DNA of 64,000 nucleotides from Escherichia coli (GTDB lineage Bacteria; Pseudomonadota; Gammaproteobacteria; Enterobacterales; Enterobacteriaceae): NCBI RefSeq assembly GCF_044324875.1, contig NZ_CP172185.1; one strand, 5' to 3'. Shown piece by piece: positions 22,755 to 35,905 of this stretch (position 1 is its first letter; each line of letters starts with the position of its first letter). The notes under the pieces were generated by a model. It saw only the letters and a program-made list of their open reading frames with translations, ran no database searches and was not told where the DNA came from. The position numbers and the translations under genes were made by a program.

Positions 22755-22809
22755 TGGAGCACCTCAAAAACACCATCATACACTAAATCAGTAAGTTGGC
22801 AGCATCACC

Positions 22810-23727
22810 CAAAAATTCGAGAATGACGATGATCTAATAGGTACGTTATTTTTAGCGTTGCCAGATAACTTACAGTTTAATTTTGTTAAAAGGATGGAGA
22901 AAAAATCCCCTGCCTACTTTTGCTGTCGGGATATGCAGATAATTCACTCTGACGCTGCTTTACAACGGTTATTGACACGTTTCAACGATCCTGAGGGGTG
23001 GAGTAATTTGGCGAAAAATCAGTATCTGAGCACGTCGATGAAACAAAAAATTTGGCAACGTGCTTTATCGCATCGGAAAAATAATCCGAAAGCAGATTCT
23101 GCAGCATATGAAACCAGCGCTGATATGATTTTGTCTGAGCTGATTAGCCACGGTGAAGTTGATGACCAGATGCTATTAAATGCCACCTCTCTGATACGTT
23201 CGGAAGGCTGGGACTTTTTAGAGAGTGCATTAGTTAGTTGGGATAATTTACCCGCTGTTGTCCTCAAGGAATTACAGCAAAATATGCCACGCAATGATAT
23301 TTGGGCGAAGTTTTTTCTGAGGCAGGAAAACAGCTCTCGTGCGCAGGTTAACGAAGCGTTACGTGTTTATTATGCACTTGACCCCGATGCATTAGCACAA
23401 CTGGATAAACTGGCAAAACAACCGGATCGTATATGGTGGAGTACACTGGCGAAAAGCAATCTCACATTTTTCAAGTTCGGCGCACTTAACAACCACCACA
23501 CACCGCCTGCAGTACTGGCGGCAGAAATTGATCCCGAGTGGTGGATTGTGGCGATGAATAATCCCCGTTTTCCAGTTGATGTATTAAAGGCGAGGCTGAA
23601 ACGTGATCCTTTGCTGGCGTTAGAGCTTGTTAACCCTGAACTGGATTTAGTTCGGCAGCTGGCGCTTAACGGTAAGACGCGCGCAATACGGGAACAAGCG
23701 ATGAGAAAACTTGATGAGTTGCATTGA
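22810..23727 (+). pseudogene. ydbD: ydbD 3' portion
   Basis: The only frame open immediately after the IS1 end continues for about 306 codons (ORF track 22858..23727); inferred to be the remainder of ydbD. Confidence 0.6.
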
Positions 23728-23895
23728 ATAACAGCGTTATATTTTTAACTATTTGATTAATTGGGGATAATCATTCCTGACAGTGAGCCCCAGTACCTTG
23801 ATATATTCTGATTTTTTAATGAAGCGGCGTGTTGCGATATCTCTGCCAGGGCAATTGATGCACCATAGCGCAAACCGTATTATCAAGGATTGATA

Positions 23896-24501
23896 ATGAC
23901 GCTCTACCAGATAAAACCGCTCTTTCAGTCGCTGTTAAGGCCGACGATGTTTTGGCTTCATAAGCTGCAAGTGTCTGCAAATCAGATCACACTTGCCGCT
24001 TTGGCACTTTCTCTTCTCACCGGTTTGTTGTTGGCGTTGGTGCCATATCCTGGCATGTTTCTGCTATTGCCCATCGTGCTTTTTGTCCGTATGGCACTCA
24101 ATGCGCTGGATGGCATGATGGCGCGTGAGTGCAATCAGCAAACACGTCTTGGGGCGATTTTGAATGAAACAGGCGATGTTATTTCCGATATTGCGCTTTA
24201 TTTACCGTTTTTATTTTTACCGGAAAGTAACGCATCACTCGTAATACTCATGTTATTTTGCACCATATTGACCGAGTTTTGCGGTTTACTCGCGCAGACG
24301 ATTAACGGTATTCGTAGTTATGTCGGTCCATTTGGCAAAAGCGATCGCGCGTTAATATTTGGTCTGTGGGGGCTGGCCATTGCCATTTATCCACAATGGA
24401 TGCAATGGAATAATTTTTTATGGAGCATTGCTTCAATTCTGCTTCTCTGGACTGCGATTAATCGTTGTCGGAGTGTGCTTTTTATGAGTGCTGAAAGATA
24501 A
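23896..24501 (+). CDS. ynbA: CDP-alcohol phosphatidyltransferase-family membrane protein
   Basis: Start at MTLYQIKPLF within ORF 23890..24501; multiple transmembrane segments; conserved position and operon with ynbB. Confidence 0.8.
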   Translation: MTLYQIKPLFQSLLRPTMFWLHKLQVSANQITLAALALSLLTGLLLALVPYPGMFLLLPIVLFVRMALNALDGMMARECNQQTRLGAILNETGDVISDIALYLPFLFLPESNASLVILMLFCTILTEFCGLLAQTINGIRSYVGPFGKSDRALIFGLWGLAIAIYPQWMQWNNFLWSIASILLLWTAINRCRSVLFMSAER

Positions 24502-25397
24502 TGCTGGAAAAATCTCTGGCAACACTTTTCGCGTTGTTAATTTTAGCAACGCTGATAAACCGTTTTCTGGTATGGCGGTTACCGGAGAGAAAAGGGGGGG
24601 AGGTTACATTACGTATTCGTACCTGGTGGGGCATCGTCATTTGTTTTTCACTGGTGATTTCAGGTCCACGCTGGATGACGTTGACGTTTTTTGCGCTGAT
24701 AAGTTTTCTGGCATTGAAAGAATATTGTACGCTTATATCTGTACATTTTCCGCGTTGGTTATATTGGGGTATTCCTCTTAACTATTTGCTTATCGGTTTT
24801 AATTGTTTTGAGCTGTTTCTGTTATTTATACCTTTGGCTGGGTTTCTGATATTAGCCACCTGGCGAGTTTTTGTGGGTGACCCCTCCGGTTGTCTGCATA
24901 CCGTGAGCGCCATTTTTTGGGGCTGGATAATGACCGTTTTCGCCTTGAGTCATGCCGCCTGGTTGTTAATGTTGCCAACCATAAATATCCAGGGCGAGGC
25001 GTTACTGGTGTTATTTCTTTTGGCATTAACCGAGTCAAACGATATTGCACAGTATTTATGGGGGAAATCCTGCGGCAGAAGAAAAGTGGTCCCCAAAGTC
25101 AGCCCGGGAAAAACGCTGGAAGGTCTGGTGGGGGGCGTAATCACTACTATGATTGTGTCACTGATTATTGGACCGTTACTGACACCGCTAAATACATTAC
25201 AGGCATTATTAGCGGGTTTGTTAATTGGTATTAGTGGTTTTTGCGGCGATGTAGTGATGTCAGCCATCAAACGAGATGTTGGAGTTAAAGATAGTGGAAA
25301 ACTATTACCCGGACATGGCGGACTCCTTGACAGGATTGACTCATTAATTTTCACCGCTCCGGTATTTTTTTATTTTATTCGCTACTGCTGTTACTGA
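24501..25397 (+). CDS. ynbB: CDP-diglyceride synthetase (CdsA)-like membrane protein
   Basis: 298-aa polytopic membrane ORF; start overlaps the ynbA stop; cytidylyltransferase-family-like C-terminal region. Confidence 0.8.
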   Translation: MLEKSLATLFALLILATLINRFLVWRLPERKGGEVTLRIRTWWGIVICFSLVISGPRWMTLTFFALISFLALKEYCTLISVHFPRWLYWGIPLNYLLIGFNCFELFLLFIPLAGFLILATWRVFVGDPSGCLHTVSAIFWGWIMTVFALSHAAWLLMLPTINIQGEALLVLFLLALTESNDIAQYLWGKSCGRRKVVPKVSPGKTLEGLVGGVITTMIVSLIIGPLLTPLNTLQALLAGLLIGISGFCGDVVMSAIKRDVGVKDSGKLLPGHGGLLDRIDSLIFTAPVFFYFIRYCCY

Positions 25398-25412
25398 AGG
25401 AAAATAGAGAAA

Positions 25413-28476
<3,064 letters not shown>

Positions 28477-28529
28477 GCGGATTGAGATGTGGACTGAATA
28501 TCTACAGTCCACATCAAGACCGTGTCCGG

Positions 28530-29144
<615 letters not shown>

Positions 29145-29335
29145 TTATAGATGTTTGAATGGGCGATGCCCCGTTGCTTGTTGACACTTTATTCACAATC
29201 CTGCCACAGAGATAGCGCAATAAATCGAAGCCTATGTTCGAATTTATTGAACAACGCATAGAAAGCCGCGATGTGGTACTCTATATCTATCATTTAAAAG
29301 AAAATTAATCAGGCAGCCTACTGCCCACTAACGTT

Positions 29336-32300
29336 ATGACAGAACAACAAAAATTGACCTTTACGGCCTTGCAGCAGCGGCTGGATTCGCTGATGCTGCG
29401 CGACAGACAGCGTTTTTCTCGCCGTCTGCACGGCGTGAAGAAGGTTAAAAATCCTGATGCACAACAGGCCATTTTCCAGGAGATGGCGAAAGAGATTGAC
29501 CATGCGGCAGGGAAAGTCCTGCTGCGTGAAGCGGCACGACCGGAAATCACTTATCCGGACAATTTGCCGGTTAGTCAGAAAAAGCAGGACATTCTCGAAG
29601 CAATTCGTGATCACCAGGTAGTGATCGTCGCCGGGGAAACGGGTTCCGGTAAAACGACTCAGCTACCGAAAATCTGTATGGAGCTGGGCCGCGGGATTAA
29701 AGGGCTGATCGGCCATACCCAGCCGCGTCGTCTGGCGGCGCGAACGGTGGCGAACCGTATTGCGGAAGAGCTGAAAACGGAGCCGGGCGGTTGCATCGGT
29801 TACAAAGTGCGTTTCAGCGATCACGTAAGTGATAACACGATGGTCAAGCTGATGACCGACGGTATCCTGCTGGCGGAGATCCAGCAAGACCGCCTGCTGA
29901 TGCAGTACGACACCATCATTATTGACGAAGCGCACGAACGCAGCCTGAATATCGATTTTCTGCTCGGCTATTTGAAAGAGTTGCTGCCGCGGCGTCCTGA
30001 CCTAAAAATCATTATCACTTCCGCGACTATCGACCCGGAACGCTTTTCGCGCCACTTTAATAATGCGCCGATTATCGAAGTCTCCGGTCGGACCTATCCG
30101 GTGGAAGTGCGCTATCGCCCGATTGTTGAAGAAGCCGATGATACCGAGCGCGATCAGTTGCAGGCGATTTTTGACGCTGTAGACGAACTGAGCCAGGAAA
30201 GCCCTGGCGACATTCTGATCTTTATGAGTGGTGAGCGGGAAATTCGCGATACCGCCGATGCGCTGAACAAGCTGAACTTACGCCATACCGAAATCTTGCC
30301 GCTTTATGCGCGGCTTTCGAACAGCGAACAGAACCGCGTGTTCCAGTCGCACAGTGGACGGCGCATTGTGCTGGCGACCAACGTCGCGGAAACCTCGCTG
30401 ACCGTACCGGGGATTAAATACGTTATCGACCCAGGTACGGCGCGTATCAGCCGCTACAGCTATCGCACTAAAGTGCAGCGTTTGCCGATTGAGCCGATTT
30501 CTCAGGCGTCTGCCAACCAGCGTAAAGGCCGCTGTGGTCGTGTGTCAGAAGGGATCTGTATTCGTCTCTATTCGGAAGATGATTTCCTGTCGCGCCCGGA
30601 GTTTACCGATCCGGAGATTCTGCGTACCAACCTGGCCTCGGTTATTTTACAGATGACCGCGTTGGGGCTGGGTGATATCGCCGCGTTCCCATTTGTCGAA
30701 GCGCCGGATAAACGTAATATCCAGGATGGCGTGCGTCTGCTCGAAGAGCTGGGCGCGATCACCACTGATGAACAGGCCAGCGCCTATAAACTGACGCCGC
30801 TCGGTCGCCAGCTTTCGCAATTGCCTGTCGATCCTCGTCTGGCGCGTATGGTGCTGGAAGCGCAAAAACATGGCTGCGTGCGTGAGGCGATGATTATCAC
30901 GTCCGCGCTCTCCATCCAGGATCCGCGCGAACGACCGATGGACAAACAGCAGGCATCGGACGAAAAACATCGTCGCTTCCACGACAAAGAATCCGACTTC
31001 CTCGCGTTTGTAAATCTGTGGAATTATCTTGGCGAGCAGCAAAAGGCGCTTTCTTCCAACGCCTTCCGTCGCCTGTGTCGTACCGATTATCTCAACTATC
31101 TGCGCGTGCGCGAATGGCAGGATATCTACACCCAGTTGCGCCAGGTAGTAAAAGAACTTGGCATTCCAGTTAACAGCGAACCGGCGGAGTATCGCGAAAT
31201 TCACATCGCCTTACTGACCGGTTTGCTTTCCCATATCGGCATGAAAGATGCCGATAAACAAGAATATACCGGCGCACGTAACGCGCGTTTTTCCATCTTT
31301 CCCGGTTCTGGTTTATTCAAAAAGCCGCCGAAATGGGTAATGGTGGCGGAACTGGTAGAAACCAGCCGCCTGTGGGGGCGCATTGCGGCACGCATCGATC
31401 CAGAATGGGTGGAGCCAGTTGCTCAGCATTTAATTAAACGCACCTACAGCGAACCACACTGGGAACGGGCGCAGGGCGCGGTGATGGCAACGGAAAAAGT
31501 CACCGTTTACGGGTTGCCGATTGTTGCCGCGCGTAAGGTCAACTACAGCCAGATCGATCCGGCGTTATGTCGTGAACTCTTTATTCGCCACGCGCTGGTG
31601 GAAGGTGACTGGCAGACACGTCATGCATTCTTCCGTGAAAACCTGAAACTGCGGGCTGAAGTGGAAGAACTGGAACACAAAACACGTCGCCGCGATATTC
31701 TGGTGGATGACGAAACGCTGTTTGAGTTTTATGACCAGCGCATCAGCCACGATGTGATCTCTGCACGTCACTTCGACAGCTGGTGGAAAAAAGTCAGCCG
31801 CGAAACGCCTGATTTGCTCAACTTTGAAAAGAGCATGTTGATCAAAGAAGGGGCGGAAAAGATCAGCAAGCTGGATTACCCGAACTTCTGGCATCAGGGC
31901 AATCTCAAACTGCGTTTGAGCTATCAGTTTGAGCCGGGGGCAGATGCTGACGGTGTGACTGTGCATATCCCGCTGCCGTTACTTAACCAGGTTGAGGAGA
32001 GCGGGTTTGAGTGGCAGATCCCCGGTCTGCGCCGCGAACTGGTGATTGCTCTGATTAAATCGTTGCCGAAACCAGTACGCCGTAATTTTGTGCCCGCGCC
32101 AAACTACGCCGAAGCTTTTTTAGGCCGCGTCACACCGCTGGAATTGCCGTTGCTCGACAGCCTTGAACGAGAGCTGCGGCGGATGACTGGCGTCACCGTT
32201 GACCGCGAAGACTGGCACTGGGATCAGGTGCCCGATCACCTGAAAATCACCTTCCGCGTGGTGGATGACAAAAACAAGAAGCTAAAAGAAGGGCGCTCAT

Positions 32301-33238
32301 TACAGGATCTGAAAGATGCTCTGAAAGGCAAAGTGCAGGAAACGCTGTCTGCGGTGGCGGATGACGGTATCGAGCAGAGCGGCTTACATATCTGGAGTTT
32401 TGGGCAACTGCCGGAAAGCTACGAACAGAAGCGTGGCAACTACAAAGTGAAGGCGTGGCCAGCGTTGGTGGATGAGCGCGACAGCGTGGCGATCAAACTG
32501 TTTGATAACCCGCTGGAACAAAAGCAGGCAATGTGGAACGGTCTTCGCCGTTTACTGCTGCTGAATATTCCGTCGCCAATCAAATATTTGCATGAGAAGT
32601 TGCCAAACAAAGCCAAACTTGGGCTGTACTTTAACCCGTATGGCAAAGTGCTGGAGCTGATAGACGACTGTATCTCCTGCGGTGTGGATCAACTGATCGA
32701 CGCCAATGGTGGCCCGGTCTGGACGGAAGAAGGCTTTGCTGCGCTGCATGAAAAAGTCCGCGCTGAACTGAACGACACGGTGGTGGATATTGCGAAGCAG
32801 GTCGAGCAAATCCTTACGGCAGTGTTCAATATCAACAAACGCCTGAAAGGGCGGGTGGATATGACCATGGCGCTGGGGCTTTCTGACATTAAAGCGCAGA
32901 TGGGCGGGCTGGTGTATCGCGGTTTTGTCACTGGCAACGGTTTTAAACGGCTGGGCGACACGCTGCGTTATTTGCAGGCGATTGAAAAACGACTGGAAAA
33001 ACTGGCGGTTGATCCGCATCGCGACCGTGCTCAGATGCTGAAAGTCGAAAATGTCCAGCAGGCGTGGCAGCAGTGGATCAACAAACTGCCGCCTGCACGT
33101 CGTGAGGATGAAGACGTGAAAGAGATCCGTTGGATGATAGAAGAGTTGCGCGTCAGCTACTTCGCTCAACAACTTGGTACGCCTTATCCGATTTCGGATA
33201 AGCGTATTTTGCAGGCGATGGAGCAGATTAGCGGTTAA
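29336..33238 (+). CDS. hrpA: ATP-dependent RNA helicase HrpA (DEAH-box)
   Basis: 1300-aa ORF with Walker A GETGSGKTTQ, DEAH motif (IIIDEAHERS) and helicase C-terminal motifs. Confidence 0.95.
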   Translation: MTEQQKLTFTALQQRLDSLMLRDRQRFSRRLHGVKKVKNPDAQQAIFQEMAKEIDHAAGKVLLREAARPEITYPDNLPVSQKKQDILEAIRDHQVVIVAGETGSGKTTQLPKICMELGRGIKGLIGHTQPRRLAARTVANRIAEELKTEPGGCIGYKVRFSDHVSDNTMVKLMTDGILLAEIQQDRLLMQYDTIIIDEAHERSLNIDFLLGYLKELLPRRPDLKIIITSATIDPERFSRHFNNAPIIEVSGRTYPVEVRYRPIVEEADDTERDQLQAIFDAVDELSQESPGDILIFMSGEREIRDTADALNKLNLRHTEILPLYARLSNSEQNRVFQSHSGRRIVLATNVAETSLTVPGIKYVIDPGTARISRYSYRTKVQRLPIEPISQASANQRKGRCGRVSEGICIRLYSEDDFLSRPEFTDPEILRTNLASVILQMTALGLGDIAAFPFVEAPDKRNIQDGVRLLEELGAITTDEQASAYKLTPLGRQLSQLPVDPRLARMVLEAQKHGCVREAMIITSALSIQDPRERPMDKQQASDEKHRRFHDKESDFLAFVNLWNYLGEQQKALSSNAFRRLCRTDYLNYLRVREWQDIYTQLRQVVKELGIPVNSEPAEYREIHIALLTGLLSHIGMKDADKQEYTGARNARFSIFPGSGLFKKPPKWVMVAELVETSRLWGRIAARIDPEWVEPVAQHLIKRTYSEPHWERAQGAVMATEKVTVYGLPIVAARKVNYSQIDPALCRELFIRHALVEGDWQTRHAFFRENLKLRAEVEELEHKTRRRDILVDDETLFEFYDQRISHDVISARHFDSWWKKVSRETPDLLNFEKSMLIKEGAEKISKLDYPNFWHQGNLKLRLSYQFEPGADADGVTVHIPLPLLNQVEESGFEWQIPGLRRELVIALIKSLPKPVRRNFVPAPNYAEAFLGRVTPLELPLLDSLERELRRMTGVTVDREDWHWDQVPDHLKITFRVVDDKNKKLKEGRSLQDLKDALKGKVQETLSAVADDGIEQSGLHIWSFGQLPESYEQKRGNYKVKAWPALVDERDSVAIKLFDNPLEQKQAMWNGLRRLLLLNIPSPIKYLHEKLPNKAKLGLYFNPYGKVLELIDDCISCGVDQLIDANGGPVWTEEGFAALHEKVRAELNDTVVDIAKQVEQILTAVFNINKRLKGRVDMTMALGLSDIKAQMGGLVYRGFVTGNGFKRLGDTLRYLQAIEKRLEKLAVDPHRDRAQMLKVENVQQAWQQWINKLPPARREDEDVKEIRWMIEELRVSYFAQQLGTPYPISDKRILQAMEQISG

Positions 33239-33263
33239 CCCTGCTATTTGCCTGATAAATCTC

Positions 33264-33296
33264 AAACCCGGTAAGCATTTAGCGCCGGGTTTTTTC
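33264..33296 (+). terminator. intrinsic terminator downstream of hrpA
   Basis: Hairpin aaacccgg-N13-ccgggttt followed by a T-run. Confidence 0.65.
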
Positions 33297-33468
33297 TTTA
33301 TGAATTCTGAAAAATAGCAAGGGCGGTACTATTTTACATAAGTTACATTCATACTCTGCCCATGGTAAACAGGACGTATTGCAATGAGTAGGCATGATAT
33401 TTTAATGAGATCGTATTATGAGCGAATAATAGAGCTTGATTGCGTCGGTCAGGCTTTAATCTCTTTCT

Positions 33469-33861
33469 ATGAAAAACTTCCAGAGGAAATTTTATCAGAA
33501 AATAATGGATTGGATTAATAGTATGAAAAATGTAGACAATATTATCTGGCATGATGGTGTTTTAGTTGAAACAAGAATGGAATGTCACCACGCCGGGTAT
33601 AATTTTATATTGACGACAGAACTTTATGTTGATGAATTTACAGCCGGAAGGGAACGAAAAAGATTCGAGTTTACAGGAGTGGAACATTTATCGCAGGTTA
33701 TGGATATTGCTGAGCTTATAGATAACCAAAACGCAGGTAATATTAAAGATGCGACAATTGTTTATAAGGCAAAGAAGTATGAAATTTCACTTCATTTGTT
33801 TGGCGGTTTTTTAAGTTTTACATTTAAAACCATGCGAGTTGTTGACAATGAATTTGAGTAA
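33469..33861 (+). CDS. hypothetical small protein, island ORF A (AT-rich; possibly a frameshifted remnant, true start uncertain)
   Basis: 130-aa ORF in a roughly 35% GC stretch; no signal peptide or transmembrane segment; no clear ribosome-binding site at 33469; an upstream 44-codon ORF (33384..33518) in another frame overlaps its start. Confidence 0.45.
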   Translation: MKNFQRKFYQKIMDWINSMKNVDNIIWHDGVLVETRMECHHAGYNFILTTELYVDEFTAGRERKRFEFTGVEHLSQVMDIAELIDNQNAGNIKDATIVYKAKKYEISLHLFGGFLSFTFKTMRVVDNEFE

Positions 33862-34297
33862 TGCCAAATGCGACAAATTGTCTTTTTATGAAGAAAAAAT
33901 CCGCTGGCGAATGCGTCGGCAAATCTCGAATGCAGAGGCAATATTTTACGAGAATCAGGAAGAACACATTCAGCGCTTTTTAGGCAGATATACCTGCCGC
34001 AAACCGGTTCTTGTTTATTGGGAAAGTGAACAAAGATGGACATCTGTAAACGGTCTGGAAGTGATGAGTATGTTTGATGGGCATTGTCATCACATCTACC
34101 TTGATGATATCAATAAAAAAATACAAGCTGAATTACCTGAAGATAAAACATTAGGTTTCAAACGTCAATTGCAATTTTTCAGTTTAGGGGATGAGAAGAT
34201 TAGAATATGGGTGCCACAGGGGGAATTATATTTCGCATTAATGAATGTATTGCAGATGTTCCCCCTGAAGAAAATGGTTAATGACTGGACAAGGTAA
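33839..34297 (+). CDS. hypothetical small protein, island ORF B
   Basis: 152-aa ORF overlapping ORF A by 23 nt (operon-like); AT-rich; contains HCHH; no recognisable family from sequence alone. Confidence 0.5.
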   Translation: MLTMNLSNAKCDKLSFYEEKIRWRMRRQISNAEAIFYENQEEHIQRFLGRYTCRKPVLVYWESEQRWTSVNGLEVMSMFDGHCHHIYLDDINKKIQAELPEDKTLGFKRQLQFFSLGDEKIRIWVPQGELYFALMNVLQMFPLKKMVNDWTR

Positions 34298-34415
34298 TTT
34301 CAAATCACAGTAATGTCCATCGATTATACATGGTACGTAAACAGACTCGCACCGTTTTTGCAGAAGGTTAATGTGTGTCTATTGAGTGCAGTCTCATATA
34401 TGAAGGGGTATTGAC

Positions 34416-34793
34416 ATGGATGAATGTTTTATAAATATCACTCCGACTTCATTGTCTTTTAAAAACGCCGATCTGTCAGATTTAAGCTATAAAAATGCCA
34501 GGCTTGAACTTACCCTGATATGCCCGGCGATCAAGTCAGAAGTTAAGTTATCATTTGACTGGATACATTCATTTCGTGTTACTGACGAAGGTGATTTGTT
34601 AGGAATGTCAGGAATGCACGGTATTAACCAAACAGGTATCTATAGAGTAGTGAATTCCGCCTATTTTTCATGGTTTACTATGCAAAGTTGTGAAATTTAT
34701 AAAAATAATGTGATCGAGCATTATGTCATTGCCACGTCAAATGATGTTATTGATGTTTTATCAACAGTTTCTCCGCAAATACAGTATGACTAA
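34416..34793 (+). CDS. hypothetical small protein, island ORF C
   Basis: 125-aa ORF, AT-rich, co-directional with ORFs A and B; cytoplasmic-looking. Confidence 0.5.
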   Translation: MDECFINITPTSLSFKNADLSDLSYKNARLELTLICPAIKSEVKLSFDWIHSFRVTDEGDLLGMSGMHGINQTGIYRVVNSAYFSWFTMQSCEIYKNNVIEHYVIATSNDVIDVLSTVSPQIQYD

Positions 34794-34908
34794 AACCAGT
34801 GTCTGGTTCGCGATGGCGAGGTAGAAAAAGCATCATCTTCCTTTCAGAGTGCTCCGCTTCTCATTATTATCTCACGCAGTATTCTTAAGGAAACGATAAG
34901 GAGGAACC

Positions 34909-35709
34909 ATGAACATTACCCCGTTTCCGACGCTTTCGCCGGCAACCATAGATGCCATAAATGTTATCGGTCAGTGGCTGGCGCAGGATGATTTCTCCGG
35001 TGAGATGCCGTATCAGGCCGATTGCGTGATCCTTGCAGGCAATGCGGTTATGCCAACTATCGATGCGGCATGCAAGATTGCCCGCGATCAGCAAATTCCT
35101 CTACTGATTAGTGGTGGTATCGGTCACTCGACAACTTTTTTGTATAGTGCCATCGCACAGCATCCGCACTACAACACTATCCGCACCACTGGCAGAGCAG
35201 AAGCTACCATCCTGGCGGATATCGCTCATCAGTACTGGCACATTCCGCATGAAAAAATCTGGATTGAAGACCAGTCAACAAACTGCGGTGAAAACGCACG
35301 CTTTAGCATCTCGCTATTGAATCAGGCCGTAGAACGAGTTCATACGGCTATCGTTGTTCAGGACCCCACAATGCAGCGGCGCACGATGGCGACGTTCCGC
35401 CGTATGACTGGGGACAATCCCGATGCACCACGCTGGTTAAGTTATCCCGGATTCGTTCCTCAGCTAGGAAACAACGCAGACAGTGTAATCTTTGTTAATC
35501 CGTTGCAAGGATTATGGCCGGTTGAGCGTTATCTCTCACTACTCACTGGCGAGCTGCCACGTTTACGCGATGATAGCGATGGCTACGGTCCACGCGGGCG
35601 AGATTTTATCGTTCACGTTGATTTTCCGGCAGAAGTCATCCAGGCATGGCAAACGCTGAAACACGATGCGGTGCTCATCGAGGCGATGGAAAGTCGCTCG
35701 TTACGTTAA
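34909..35709 (+). CDS. ydcF: DUF218-domain protein YdcF
   Basis: 266-aa [32 protein letters not shown]...; AGGAGG ribosome-binding site upstream. Confidence 0.85.
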   Translation: MNITPFPTLSPATIDAINVIGQWLAQDDFSGEMPYQADCVILAGNAVMPTIDAACKIARDQQIPLLISGGIGHSTTFLYSAIAQHPHYNTIRTTGRAEATILADIAHQYWHIPHEKIWIEDQSTNCGENARFSISLLNQAVERVHTAIVVQDPTMQRRTMATFRRMTGDNPDAPRWLSYPGFVPQLGNNADSVIFVNPLQGLWPVERYLSLLTGELPRLRDDSDGYGPRGRDFIVHVDFPAEVIQAWQTLKHDAVLIEAMESRSLR

Positions 35710-35905
35710 AAATTGCCCGTTTGTTAACCATTTGTTTGCAAACGGGCATGACTCCTGACGTTTATTTCTGCCTTTTATTCCTTTTACACTTGTTTTTATG
35801 AAGCCCTTCACAGAATTGTCCTTTCACGATGCCGTCTCTATGATGATTGATGTTAATTAACAATGCATTTACCAATAACAAACATATAAATCACAGGAGT
35901 CGCCC

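Larger units (their letters stand above)
22042..22809 (-). mobile_element. IS1: IS1 (768 bp), inverted relative to the other two copies, no target-site duplication
   Basis: Ends GGTAATGACTCCAACTTATTGAT (22042) and ATCAGTAAGTTGGCAGCATCACC (to 22809); insA 22479..22754(-) and insB 22057..22560(-); flanking 9-mers differ (caaacgatg versus caaaaattc). Confidence 0.95.

Noticed and set aside
15664-22809. IS1 copies 1 and 2 forming a composite transposon around ydbA-3'/IS256/ydbC/ydbD-5'
   Set aside because: Copy 1 has its own perfect 9-bp duplication and the two copies are inverted insertions into pre-existing genes; the arrangement is better explained by independent insertions plus a local deletion at copy 2.
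32552-33265. 237-aa minus-strand ORF at the 3' end of hrpA
   Set aside because: Antisense to hrpA; Arg/Leu-rich translation typical of a reverse-strand artefact in GC-rich coding DNA.
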